This document shows, piece after piece, positions 15,881 to 26,496 of a DNA stretch of 32,000 bases. The stretch is from the NCBI GenBank assembly GCA_030149205.1, contig JASBSB010000006.1, forward strand, positions 570,001-602,000, written 5' to 3'. Under the pieces are notes generated by a model that saw nothing but the letters and a program-made list of their open reading frames with translations, ran no database searches and was not told where the DNA came from. Position 1 is the first letter of the stretch; every line of letters starts with the position of its first letter. The position numbers and the translations under genes were made by a program. The stretch is from Candidatus Heimdallarchaeota archaeon. GTDB lineage: Archaea; Asgardarchaeota; Heimdallarchaeia; Heimdallarchaeales; Kariarchaeaceae.

Positions 15881-18800
15881 GTCTAAGAAGTACCTTTATG
15901 GTCTGGAAACTATATTATGTCTGGCTCCATCCTGACACTCAATCTCGTCTAAGAAGTACCTTTATGGTCTGGAAACCTGTGAAAACATCGCAGATATCAC
16001 ACCTTTTGCCAGTATGTCTAAGAAGTACCTTTATGGTCTGGAAACCAAGAAATCGAACCGGCATTACTCGAAAAGAAAGATGTCTAAGAAGTACCTTTAT
16101 GGTCTGGAAACAACAAGCTAAAAGAATGATGAGCTACTTTCTGATTAGTCTAAGAAGTACCTTTATGGTCTGGAAACTTTTTCACCTCTTGAAACCATAT
16201 AACGCGGATATGGTGGTCTAAGAAGTACCTTTATGGTCTGGAAACTGCTTAGTGATGAACCCGACGATAAGGTCTTTGAATGTCTAAGAAGTACCTTTAT
16301 GGTCTGGAAACGTTCCTCTGTTGTGGTCATTCTGAGTCCTCCTTCTTGTCTAAGAAGTACCTTTATGGTCTGGAAACCACATTAAACATGTCTCATTGGG
16401 CACAAACACAATAGTCTAAGAAGTACCTTTATGGTCTGGAAACTAGCCTCATACTGAGAGACAAGGGACTGAGAAGGTTTGTCTAAGAAGTACCTTTATG
16501 GTCTGGAAACAAGGAAGCTCTAAGATGAATGCCACCTTGTTTTTAGAGGTCTAAGAAGTACCTTTATGGTCTGGAAACCCTTTGGGTATCAGCTTGAGAG
16601 GGGGAAAGTTTTTAGTCTAAGAAGTACCTTTATGGTCTGGAAACCGAATCTACAGACTCTTAACCTGAAAAAGAAATATTGTCTAAGAAGTACCTTTATG
16701 GTCTGGAAACGGAAAATTGATTCTGATCTTTGGAAACAGATTTTTAGTCTAAGAAGTACCTTTATGGTCTGGAAACATTTATGAAACAGAGTTGTATTAT
16801 AAAGTGTAATTCGTCTAAGAAGTACCTTTATGGTCTGGAAACTTCGCAAACCCAACTTGCCCACCGTCAAAGTTCAGATGTCTAAGAAGTACCTTTATGG
16901 TCTGGAAACTTGGGCTTGGTCAGGCTATCGGTTCCATGCTCGCTCGTCTAAGAAGTACCTTTATGGTCTGGAAACATACGATGTCCATACGTTTATTAGC
17001 CATAGCCTATATGTCTAAGAAGTACCTTTATGGTCTGGAAACGAATGTAGGTACTCTGTCACAGTCTTTCTCTCATGGTCTAAGAAGTACCTTTATGGTC
17101 TGGAAACTAGACTGACTAGCGATCATACTATCACCGTTCAAAAGTCTAAGAAGTACCTTTATGGTCTGGAAACAGACTTGCATGTTTGGACTGCTGGTTT
17201 CCAGAACACGTCTAAGAAGTACCTTTATGGTCTGGAAACGGGTAAGAATAACCCTTTGTTTCTGCTATCTCCTTCAGTCTAAGAAGTACCTTTATGGTCT
17301 GGAAACGGTGTTCCTGTAAACTGGTTCCATCTAAAATTAATGTCTAAGAAGTACCTTTATGGTCTGGAAACTATATCATATCTCCACGGATTACAGGAAT
17401 TGGATTTTGTCTAAGAAGTACCTTTATGGTCTGGAAACATAAAAACAAAACAAAACGGGTAAGGTTTCATATTAGTCTAAGAAGTACCTTTATGGTCTGG
17501 AAACGTGATTTGCAATAGGGAGCTAGACCGTGTTTGCTCAGTCTAAGAAGTACCTTTATGGTCTGGAAACGTGTTCGTTCTTTTGATTTTCAAGGATTAG
17601 AAAATTTAGTCTAAGAAGTACCTTTATGGTCTGGAAACAAGATAAGGATTTCTGGAAGTTCAGGAAACTTAAATGTCTAAGAAGTACCTTTATGGTCTGG
17701 AAACTACCTAAGATCTTTCCCCCAATAGTAGTTTCTTGGGAGAGGTCTAAGAAGTACCTTTATGGTCTGGAAACGAAGCAAATATGAGCTATTCAGATTT
17801 CCTCTATATTCGCGTCTAAGAAGTACCTTTATGGTCTGGAAACTGAAATGGACATGTAATCTTTTGCCCTTAGATCCCTGTCTAAGAAGTACCTTTATGG
17901 TCTGGAAACATATTTGAATATAGAACTCAGATTCCAAGTGAGAAGGTCTAAGAAGTACCTTTATGGTCTGGAAACATTTATTAGGTGGTGATGCTTACCA
18001 AGAACTAAAGGTCTAAGAAGTACCTTTATGGTCTGGAAACAATATATTCTTCTATGTCTATGAACAGGGCTCCAAAGTCTAAGAAGTACCTTTATGGTCT
18101 GGAAACTGCCTGACTGTGTGTAACCAGTAAGAGAAGGAACACTGGTCTAAGAAGTACCTTTATGTTCTGGAAACAGGTTCTGGCCCTTCGCTCAAAGCGA
18201 ACACCCAAGCGGGTCTAAGAAGTACCTTTATGGTCTGGAAACTAGGCGCTATTAAAATGGTTAAAACACCAGAAACAAGTCTAAGAAGTACCTTTATGGT
18301 CTGGAAACATGAATTTTGTAATGGTGTTTGCATAGGCATTATTGGTCTAAGAAGTACCTTTATGGTCTGGAAACTCATCAACCAGCAGCAACAAATTTTT
18401 TAACATCTTCGTCTAAGAAGTACCTTTATGGTCTGGAAACAGTGAGATATGCGCTAGTAATTGGTTAGCGTATTCGGTCTAAGAAGTACCTTTATGGTCT
18501 GGAAACCAGATAATAGGAGATACAAGGAGAAAAGTATGACAGGTCTAAGAAGTACCTTTATGGTCTGGAAACAAGGTATAGAAAGCCCTCCAATAGAAAC
18601 GAGACTGAGTCTAAGAAGTACCTTTATGGTCTGGAAACTCACAATATCACCATATACCATATGGCAATAAGCTAAGTCTAAGAAGTACCTTTATGGTCTG
18701 GAAACATTGTAGTATCATTAAAAAATTGTCCTACTATTACTTGTCTAAGAAGTACCTTTATGGTCTGGAAACATGAGTCTTATTCCTTGATAATGCACGG

Positions 18801-19498
18801 ATTAGAGGTCTAAGAAGTACCTTTATGGTCTGGAAACCAGACACTGAACTCCCTTAAATTAGGTGAACACAGGTCTAAGAAGTACCTTTATGGTCTGGAA
18901 ACCAATTTGTGCAATGGTGCTTTTACCACTCTCTGGAATGTCTAAGAAGTACCTTTATGGTCTGGAAACGCATATAATGTACCATTCACACTAACAAGAT
19001 CTTTAGTCTAAGAAGTACCTTTATGGTCTGGAAACGCTTTTCTTGTCCCTACAACCTACGTTCGAGGCCGAGTCTAAGAAGTACCTTTATGGTCTGGAAA
19101 CTTATTTGATCAATACTGCTGCGGTGTATATGGGGCTTGTCTAAGAAGTACCTTTATGGTCTGGAAACGAAGTCTTTTATTTAGCATATAATTATTTAAC
19201 AGAGTCTAAGAAGTACCTTTATGGTCTGGAAACTTATTAAATAAAATATATATGTATAACAATTTAATTGTCTAAGAAGTACCTTTATGGTCTGGAAACT
19301 ACCTTCAGTTCCAAAATATCTAAGGGATATTGACGGTCTAAGAAGTACCTTTATGGTCTGGAAACTCATTGATGTACCCACCAGCAACAAATATCAAAAC
19401 CGGTCTAAGAAGTACCTTTATGGTCTGGAAACTTGGCAGTCTGTTCATTCTTCAGCCTCCAATTTTTCGTCTATGAAGTACCTTTATGGTCTGGAAAC
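15881..19498 (+). CRISPR. CRISPR array: 55 repeats (30 bp, GTCTAAGAAGTACCTTTATGGTCTGGAAAC) and 54 spacers of 35-40 bp (mode 36)
   Basis: Counted manually. Repeat 35 (18145-18174) carries G21T and terminal repeat 55 (19469-19498) carries A6T. The 3' GAAAC end and GTACCT..GG core resemble type I-B/III-associated 30-bp repeats. Confidence 0.99.
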
Positions 19499-19542
19499 GT
19501 CAATAAATTTGGTATTAAGTTTCTTGTTTGAATGGGTGAAGA

Positions 19543-19597
19543 TTTTTTTTTAACATCCTATCTTTGTGCCGAGACAAGATTCTGTTTTTATTTTTTT
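19543..19597 (+). terminator. Candidate oligo-T terminator(s) for the array transcript
   Basis: T9 run at 19543-19551 and a further T-rich tract before the convergent eS25 stop; archaeal intrinsic terminators are T tracts. Confidence 0.35.
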
Positions 19598-19621
19598 GCC
19601 TGTGATAATTTGGTTACTTTC

Positions 19622-19891
19622 TTAAGCAGAATAAATTTCAGTTCTTGATCCTTTGCTTACGAGTTTAATCTTCCCTTCCTCTACCTGCTCCCTCAGAATT
19701 GCTCTGGCAACACTAACTTTGAGGCTATGTTTATTTGCAAAGCTTTCTGGGGTCACTGCTTTGAGATTCTTTAAATCTTTCTTTACAGCCTCAGCGGTTT
19801 CATCATCCATAGTAAGCTCACGGGTGATTGGTGTGTATTCATAACTCTTACCCCATCGTTTCTTTTTTCTGACTACTTTCTTTTCAGACAT
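19622..19891 (-). CDS. rps25e: 30S ribosomal protein eS25 (S25e)
   Basis: KKKKRWGK head and AVTP...A.K.SLKVSVARAILRE.VEEGKIKLV...SR..IY match the eS25 winged-helix pattern. Confidence 0.92.
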   Translation of the reverse strand: MSEKKVVRKKKRWGKSYEYTPITRELTMDDETAEAVKKDLKNLKAVTPESFANKHSLKVSVARAILREQVEEGKIKLVSKGSRTEIYSA

Positions 19892-20097
19892 CTCTCTTCA
19901 TTCTATCTAATGTTTGTGTAATTAAAAATACCTCGATTGAAACGCGTTGACCATAAAAAGATATTGAACTTGAGTAATCATTTCATTGTTTTCAACCAAA
20001 AACCCTTCTCTTGCTTTTTTAAGAAGACCTAATAATTTCTACAATCACTTTAGAGTTTAGCCAAGAATTAAGTTCAGCTAATATAGAAACTTGGAGT

Positions 20098-23000
20098 TTA
20101 TTGACCGGATGTACGTTTAAAGAATCCTTTTTTGTTTACATATTTTACTATCAACGCACCAATGACGAATGTAGAGATAACTGTAACATCCATCGGAATT
20201 GCAAATCCATTCTGTTGTCCAAGTTTTTGGAAAATAAGTGGGCTGTTGAATGAAAATACCTGAGAGTTGGTGCCTGTGTAACCCAATCCAGCGTTAAGTG
20301 AAAGATAAATTGTTCCGTTTGTGATGGGGAGATGAATAAGGAAACTGGTCTCTGTTATATCCAATGTAAAGGTTTGATTTCCAATTACCAACATACCCTT
20401 GATTGGAACACCATTGAGTGAGAGTTGAGTTCTTAGGTCTATGGTTGTCAACTGAAACAGTCCAGTTCCATTATAGAAGGTAGGTGTCACAGATATTTGA
20501 ATTGGAATATCCAAAAGCATAAATTTCCCTGTGAGAGTCAAATCAGCATAGTTTTGTTTATGTCTTGTTATGTTGTAATTAAGGTCCTGACCTTGATGGA
20601 TCTGTGAATAGAATCCCTGAAGTAATTCAGAGGAGGTCAAGTTGTTTCGACTGTAGATGATAGAGTTATTAGAATAAATTATGATATCATAACTTGCATT
20701 ATTGACTTGATCACTCAGTGTTCCGTTAATAAGACGATCCCAAAACTGATCAGAAATCTTGTACTTGAAGGATTCATATCTTGGGTTCACATTCATGGGA
20801 ACTTCAGTGGCAGTGCTAGAAATCTGTACACCACCTGTGGTTGAGATATAAAGGGTATACCTCCCGGGTTTTAGATCAATTGATGATTTAAGAAGAGTAA
20901 ATGCCCCAAATCTGTTTGTTTGCATTGTAGTTTTCCCCCATGGGGTTGAAATATAAACACTCACGTTGTAGAGAGGTTGACTTGAATTTCCATTGTTGTA
21001 AACATAAAATGTTTGATTAATTGTACCCAGATAAGAAGTATTAATCATCTTCACCTCAATCACAGGTGTTGGTGCTCTCCATCCAAGGTCAACAATAAGA
21101 GGTGAGCCCTGGACAAAAAGTGTGTTTTCTTGATACTCGAAGATTATTCTGTAACTCCCTGTAAGGGAGAAGTAAAGTGAATAATATGAGGAGGAACCAA
21201 GCTGTATCTTGCCAGAAACCCCAGTGTTTATCCAGTTGCCATTCTTGAATTGTAACAACAGCCATTTAACACTCCCTTTGTGTATCACTCCTGTTTCATC
21301 ATTAACTGAGAAGGCTAAAGTTTGATTAAATGTCACACCATAATCTTTGGTGTGAGCTCTGTCCAACAGAACTCTGACTGTCTCCTTTTGAGTGGTGGGA
21401 AGAGTATAATTTACAGAACTGCTACTGAGGAGACTGTTTCCATTAAATTGTACTGTGAGGGTGTAAATGCTCCCAGGAACCACATCACGGAATATGGAAT
21501 GAAGTGTGATAAACCCAGATTGATTGGTGAAGGTTTCAAACGAAAAGAATATCTTATTGTTCATTAACAGGGTAAACCTAACAGATTGATTTGACAACCC
21601 CTGTCCATAGGAGTTTTCAGTCAACCTTATACTCACATTTAATCCATCTGTGTAGATTGGTTGAATAGATTGACTGTTGATCAGTGTAAGTGTGGTACTT
21701 TGAAGTATACTTAAGCGAGCATGTAGAATCACTCCAGCATAGACCGATGTTGAACTTGCCGTGAGTTGGATGTTATAAGTGCCAAAGGGAACATCTGGTT
21801 TTATCATAAATTCCAAAATACCATTCTTTATGCTTGATGAAGCCAAGCTCGTCCAGCTTCCATTAATTTGGATTGAGAGAGTGGCACTAACACCAGAAAC
21901 CTTCTGGCCATCATTATCAAGCAGGATATATCTAAGAGTTACAGATTCCAATCTGTTTACCTTAACATCGTTAAACTGGACTGAATATTTTTCATGAGCA
22001 ACAGTGAGGCTAAATGACGAGTTCACGTTTTGCCTTATCCAACCCTGGTTTGGAATAACCACCAGAATCTTGTAATTACCAGTCACCACAGTTGTGTTTA
22101 AGCTGTTGATTGATCTTGTGTCATAACGACCCCAGAGGGTGTAGGTAGACCCACCCGTGCCATAATTTATCCAGTATATATCTGCAAAGTAGCTTTGAAG
22201 AATACTGCCATTGTCTAATTTAACTACAAACATAGGGTGAAAGATGTCATATCTTTCTACAGTGCTGTTTAGGAGGGAGACATTTACTATTGATTGAAAC
22301 TTGGTGGTGATGAGCTTTGAATTTCCTAAAACATAAGAGTTTGAACCAATCTCAACTTTATACTGCTCACTAACAGTAGATTGAGGAATTACAAAGGCAA
22401 ATCCACCGTTAACAGTTGATATATTCCCCATTATAGTCCACTGCGACCCTGAAAAAATGTAGAGGAGCACATTAACCTCAGGGGGTGAGACTGTGTTGAT
22501 GGATATTGTTCCTGTTATGGCTGGATTAGAGTTTATTTCACTCATCTTTACATATAGCTCTCCTGTGGGGGCTTTAGAGAAAACTTTGATATTCTCTGAA
22601 AATTGATGAAAGTTGAAATTCTTATCTTCTATTAGCAGAAAGAGCTCATGTGACATGGTAAATCTGACATTAAAGGTAAAGGTGACATACCCTTTAGAAT
22701 CTGTTAAACCTTGTCCTATTAGGATAGTTACTGAATTTAAGTTATAAGTCACAGTTACCTGCATCCCTTTAAGGGGATCTCCCAGGCTGTTTGTGACAAT
22801 AACCTGAATTCTTGAATTATTGGTGTAGACAAGTTCAGTGAGATTGACTGTCCTATTGAATGTATCTTCTAATATTGTTCTACTTATAGAGGTTGTACCA
22901 TCTAGATATGATAAGTGAGTGCTATGTATACTTAACAGCAATAATGAACCTGCGGGAGAATCTAAGGTATAATTGAGTGTCATATAGCCAGTTGAGTTAG

Positions 23001-26000
23001 TATATCCTATAATTGAGATGGAGGAATAGAGGCTCTTAAAAGTCACATTTACTGTTGCACCTGAAACTGGAAGATAGTTGTCTGTCTGTATTAAAAACAG
23101 GAAGTAAACTGTATGGTTGTATTTCAGGATCTGAGGATTTGTCAGATCAGTTATAACCACTGAACGTTTGTAGACTGCGGAGGAAATTGAGGCTTGTGAT
23201 TTTTCATATCCCAGAAAACTGTTCATTTGTACTGTTAGGTTAAAGTTTTTCTCATTTGGAATCGTATAGGTAAAGTTAGCAAAACCACTGCTGTCAGTTT
23301 TCAAGGTCAATAGTGAGCCATCAAGGTAGATATTCAGTGTGGCAGAGGAAATTGGGTTCTTTAGCTCATCAACTGCTTGAATACCTACATGAATACGATC
23401 AGCAACATAAATCTTCCCAACTTGAATTCCATAAATTTTCAAAGAAGTTTTCATTCCAGTAACCTGTAAGGTCGATAAACTGGTGTTTTTAAGAAAGCTA
23501 CCCTGTCCAGCAAATGTTACATTTAATTGATAAGTTCCAGGTGTTATGGAGTTTGGAAGCGCAAATGTGGTAAAACCATTGACATCTGTCGTGCGTACCC
23601 AAGAATAGCTCCCAAGAGAGAAACTTAAAACTTGGTTACTGAGTTTATTGCCTAATGCATCCTGAAGTGTCAGGTTTCCGTAGGTTGAACTACTATACGT
23701 AATACTTGAGGGATTTTGTACTGTTAGTCTGGTTTCTATGGCTGTAGTAATTAGTTGAAATTGCTGTGTTGTTGAACGGAAGTTTATATTCTCTGGAAGC
23801 CTCCATTCGAAGACATATGAACCCAGATATGTCAAGAGGACTTTGTAATTCATTGATACATAACCATTGCTATCAGTTATCAAAGGCGTTGGTGTACTGA
23901 TCTTAACCCAAGCACCATTATAATACCAGATATCAATGTTTAAGTTTGACATGGGCTTATTTTGTCCATCGAGAACTGTGGCATTCAAATTGACTGTTTG
24001 CCCAATATGCACGTTGTAAGCTGTTGTTGGTATCAAAATTTTATAACTTGCCTTATTCACCATAAGGTCAAAAGTTAGAGATGAGTTTAAGTAAGGATAG
24101 ACATTATAAGGCGAGGTATAACTTAATAGGAGGGTTTGAATTCCAGTGGCATTAAAGATGATTGGTATTGCAATCTGACCACCTACTGTCTTGATATTTC
24201 CAAGGGACTTGCTATTCAAATACAAGTTAAATAACGCACCATCTTCGATAGGAAGCCCTAAGGTATCGGTGACATTCAATTTAACTGTCGTGGGTGAATT
24301 GTAAAAAAACTGCTGGTTAGTTGTGGTACCGATGATTTGTAACCCTGTCAAGTTCCAATAGAATTGTGTTAGAGCAAAGCTGTAATTAGCGTGTTGAATA
24401 TTGGCCTGAAGGTAAGGGAATCCCACCAGAAATTGTTGCTTAAAGAAATTGAGACTGTCAAAACCTTTGGGTAACGTCCACTGGATATTTACAAGACCAT
24501 TCTTGTTACTCTTGAATGTTCCAACCTGATAATCCTTGAAAGAACCATTGTAGGCACGTGAATAGAGGGTTACATCAGCACCGCTAATCCCTCTGTTTTG
24601 TTTATCCTTAACATAAAAAGAGAAATTTCCACCATGGTAATTTATGTATTGAATTGGATCTGAGGGTGTCCCTAATGAAACTTGAATCCCTTTAGTGTCC
24701 AACAATCCAAGTCTTGAGGCATATCCACTGGATTTACTGATGTTTAATATGACATCGTATGTCATAGCATTATAATAACTGGAACCTGTGAACACATATC
24801 TGTAATTCATTACCTTTGCACCTGGATTTGCCACGGTAAAATTAAACAATCCAAAGATTGAGGTGGTTGAAGATGTGTAGGTCCACTTGAGACCTGTTGA
24901 GTTATAAGTGTATAAATCAATTGATGCATTCAATAGATTTGATGTGCTGGCCTCAATTCTCCCACTTAATGTGATAGTTGGGGAGGAAGTGTTAACAGGG
25001 GTAGTAAGGTTGTAAAATCTTGGGTTACCCTTTAAAATCTCTGTTGAAATGTTGATAGATGTTGTTTTGTAATTTTGTGAATTATGAACTGCATAAACAT
25101 AGTTTGGAAAGATGCCAACGGTGGTGTTTTGAAGAAAGTTGAATTGAAATGAACCAGAGCTTCCGGTCGTAACTCTCCCAATAAATTGAGTGTTAAATTT
25201 GTAGAAATTAAGCTCTTGGTTGACTAATGGAACATTTGAAGAATCTAGCAGATTACCAGTTATTGATACTAAACTTGAACCAGGAAAGTCTCCCGAACCA
25301 TAAAACCCTTTTGAACCGAGTATATTAATTTTTGAACTTTGAAGGTTTACTGTAAAATTAGAAATTGAATGATACTCCTTGGATTGAATGATCATGTCAG
25401 CTTTCAAGAGGTATAATCCTTCAGAGATCAAAGGAGTATAAGGGACAGTTGCTATACCACCAGAGGAACTTAGAGAAGACCCAATGTTCACCCAGAATGT
25501 GTTATAATAAATTGAAAAGTCGACCGTTATCCCTGTGACGGGTAATCCAGAATCTTTGATGAACAAAGAAATATCTGCGACCTTATTATAGTAGGTGACC
25601 ACCGGAGGAAAATTGAATGAAAGACTTGAGGCTTGTGTAACCACAACTGATGCTCCATCGAAAGAGGGGGAAAATATAGCTAGATCATCTGTAAAGTATG
25701 AAAGTAGCCATACACTACCTAATCTATTTGGAACATAATTATAAGTAATAGAACTGGGTGTGACTGTCTCTTTTTTGAGAACGGAGGTTAGAATGCTTTC
25801 GATTGCAACCAATGAACCTGTATTAGAACCCCCATCAAACAGGTATAAAGTTCCATCTTGTCCTTTAGGAAATTGAATTTGTGTGACAGTATACCCATTA
25901 TAGTTAAGTTCCAGAGTATATGACACAGCTTTAGTGAGAATAACAGAACTAGGATAACTACTGGAGACCTGTGAAGAGTTAAATAACAGCCATAAAGTAC

Positions 26001-26460
26001 CTGTTTTTTTCACCATTGCTCGAGCACCAGTTGTGTCAATAACACCATCTACGATGGTTGTTAAACCATTTTTAAGTTTCCAGTTAATCTGAGAATCCAG
26101 TGTAACACCTTTGACTGGAATTCTAAAACCATTGATTTGTTCATCTTGGGATTGAGTCCAAGTGAAAACCGGATGTGTGGCATTTTGATATGAATTAGTA
26201 AATTTTGTAGACCCTATTCTTGAAACCACAGTTGCCTGATAAAGAACATTCATTCCAAAAATCCCCAAAGTGTTGTCTACGTTTTTTACTGATGCTTTGA
26301 GTGGATAAGTTTGACCGAGATTCATTAGTTTAGAAGGAACTGTAAGGGTGGTATCTGTATTTGCATAATATGCATATGCGTTAGAATTTAAGCTGATCTG
26401 GCTTATTGTTAAAAATACCAACAATCCTATTACAAATAGACTTATGGATCTAAGTTTCAT
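20098..26460 (-). CDS. Giant secreted, C-terminally membrane-anchored surface protein with tandem Ig-like beta-sandwich repeats
   Basis: 2120 aa; signal peptide ending in NAYA; Ser/Thr/Asn-rich with many N-x-S/T sequons; recurring T(D/N)xxG(Y/F) motifs (TDSNGY, TDVNGF, TDSSGF, TNSTGY, TDSKGY, TNQSGF, TNRFGA); C-terminal TM helix followed by basic KYVNKKGFFKR. Confidence 0.85.
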   Translation of the reverse strand: MKLRSISLFVIGLLVFLTISQISLNSNAYAYYANTDTTLTVPSKLMNLGQTYPLKASVKNVDNTLGIFGMNVLYQATVVSRIGSTKFTNSYQNATHPVFTWTQSQDEQINGFRIPVKGVTLDSQINWKLKNGLTTIVDGVIDTTGARAMVKKTGTLWLLFNSSQVSSSYPSSVILTKAVSYTLELNYNGYTVTQIQFPKGQDGTLYLFDGGSNTGSLVAIESILTSVLKKETVTPSSITYNYVPNRLGSVWLLSYFTDDLAIFSPSFDGASVVVTQASSLSFNFPPVVTYYNKVADISLFIKDSGLPVTGITVDFSIYYNTFWVNIGSSLSSSGGIATVPYTPLISEGLYLLKADMIIQSKEYHSISNFTVNLQSSKINILGSKGFYGSGDFPGSSLVSITGNLLDSSNVPLVNQELNFYKFNTQFIGRVTTGSSGSFQFNFLQNTTVGIFPNYVYAVHNSQNYKTTSINISTEILKGNPRFYNLTTPVNTSSPTITLSGRIEASTSNLLNASIDLYTYNSTGLKWTYTSSTTSIFGLFNFTVANPGAKVMNYRYVFTGSSYYNAMTYDVILNISKSSGYASRLGLLDTKGIQVSLGTPSDPIQYINYHGGNFSFYVKDKQNRGISGADVTLYSRAYNGSFKDYQVGTFKSNKNGLVNIQWTLPKGFDSLNFFKQQFLVGFPYLQANIQHANYSFALTQFYWNLTGLQIIGTTTNQQFFYNSPTTVKLNVTDTLGLPIEDGALFNLYLNSKSLGNIKTVGGQIAIPIIFNATGIQTLLLSYTSPYNVYPYLNSSLTFDLMVNKASYKILIPTTAYNVHIGQTVNLNATVLDGQNKPMSNLNIDIWYYNGAWVKISTPTPLITDSNGYVSMNYKVLLTYLGSYVFEWRLPENINFRSTTQQFQLITTAIETRLTVQNPSSITYSSSTYGNLTLQDALGNKLSNQVLSFSLGSYSWVRTTDVNGFTTFALPNSITPGTYQLNVTFAGQGSFLKNTSLSTLQVTGMKTSLKIYGIQVGKIYVADRIHVGIQAVDELKNPISSATLNIYLDGSLLTLKTDSSGFANFTYTIPNEKNFNLTVQMNSFLGYEKSQASISSAVYKRSVVITDLTNPQILKYNHTVYFLFLIQTDNYLPVSGATVNVTFKSLYSSISIIGYTNSTGYMTLNYTLDSPAGSLLLLSIHSTHLSYLDGTTSISRTILEDTFNRTVNLTELVYTNNSRIQVIVTNSLGDPLKGMQVTVTYNLNSVTILIGQGLTDSKGYVTFTFNVRFTMSHELFLLIEDKNFNFHQFSENIKVFSKAPTGELYVKMSEINSNPAITGTISINTVSPPEVNVLLYIFSGSQWTIMGNISTVNGGFAFVIPQSTVSEQYKVEIGSNSYVLGNSKLITTKFQSIVNVSLLNSTVERYDIFHPMFVVKLDNGSILQSYFADIYWINYGTGGSTYTLWGRYDTRSINSLNTTVVTGNYKILVVIPNQGWIRQNVNSSFSLTVAHEKYSVQFNDVKVNRLESVTLRYILLDNDGQKVSGVSATLSIQINGSWTSLASSSIKNGILEFMIKPDVPFGTYNIQLTASSTSVYAGVILHARLSILQSTTLTLINSQSIQPIYTDGLNVSIRLTENSYGQGLSNQSVRFTLLMNNKIFFSFETFTNQSGFITLHSIFRDVVPGSIYTLTVQFNGNSLLSSSSVNYTLPTTQKETVRVLLDRAHTKDYGVTFNQTLAFSVNDETGVIHKGSVKWLLLQFKNGNWINTGVSGKIQLGSSSYYSLYFSLTGSYRIIFEYQENTLFVQGSPLIVDLGWRAPTPVIEVKMINTSYLGTINQTFYVYNNGNSSQPLYNVSVYISTPWGKTTMQTNRFGAFTLLKSSIDLKPGRYTLYISTTGGVQISSTATEVPMNVNPRYESFKYKISDQFWDRLINGTLSDQVNNASYDIIIYSNNSIIYSRNNLTSSELLQGFYSQIHQGQDLNYNITRHKQNYADLTLTGKFMLLDIPIQISVTPTFYNGTGLFQLTTIDLRTQLSLNGVPIKGMLVIGNQTFTLDITETSFLIHLPITNGTIYLSLNAGLGYTGTNSQVFSFNSPLIFQKLGQQNGFAIPMDVTVISTFVIGALIVKYVNKKGFFKRTSGQ

Positions 26461-26496
26461 CAGTAATACAAATTTAGATACTTATTTAAAGAGGGA

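Noticed and set aside
18375-19402. Spacers 38 and 53 share CAGCAACAAAT
   Set aside because: Only 11 nt in different contexts; compatible with chance among 54 spacers.
15911-19468. Self-targeting of spacers within this window
   Set aside because: Spot checks found only matches of about 10 nt. This was not exhaustive and needs an alignment.
15673-19553. ORF-track entries inside or overlapping the CRISPR array (15673..16221, 16566..16784, 16589..16870, 16830..17018, 16897..17115, 17704..17937, 18160..18381, 18454..18660, 18461..18670, 19196..19390, 19287..19553)
   Set aside because: They are translations of the repeat (LRSTFMVWK, FQTIKVLLR, SKKYLYGLET) joined by 36-bp spacers, so they are artefacts of the 66-bp period.
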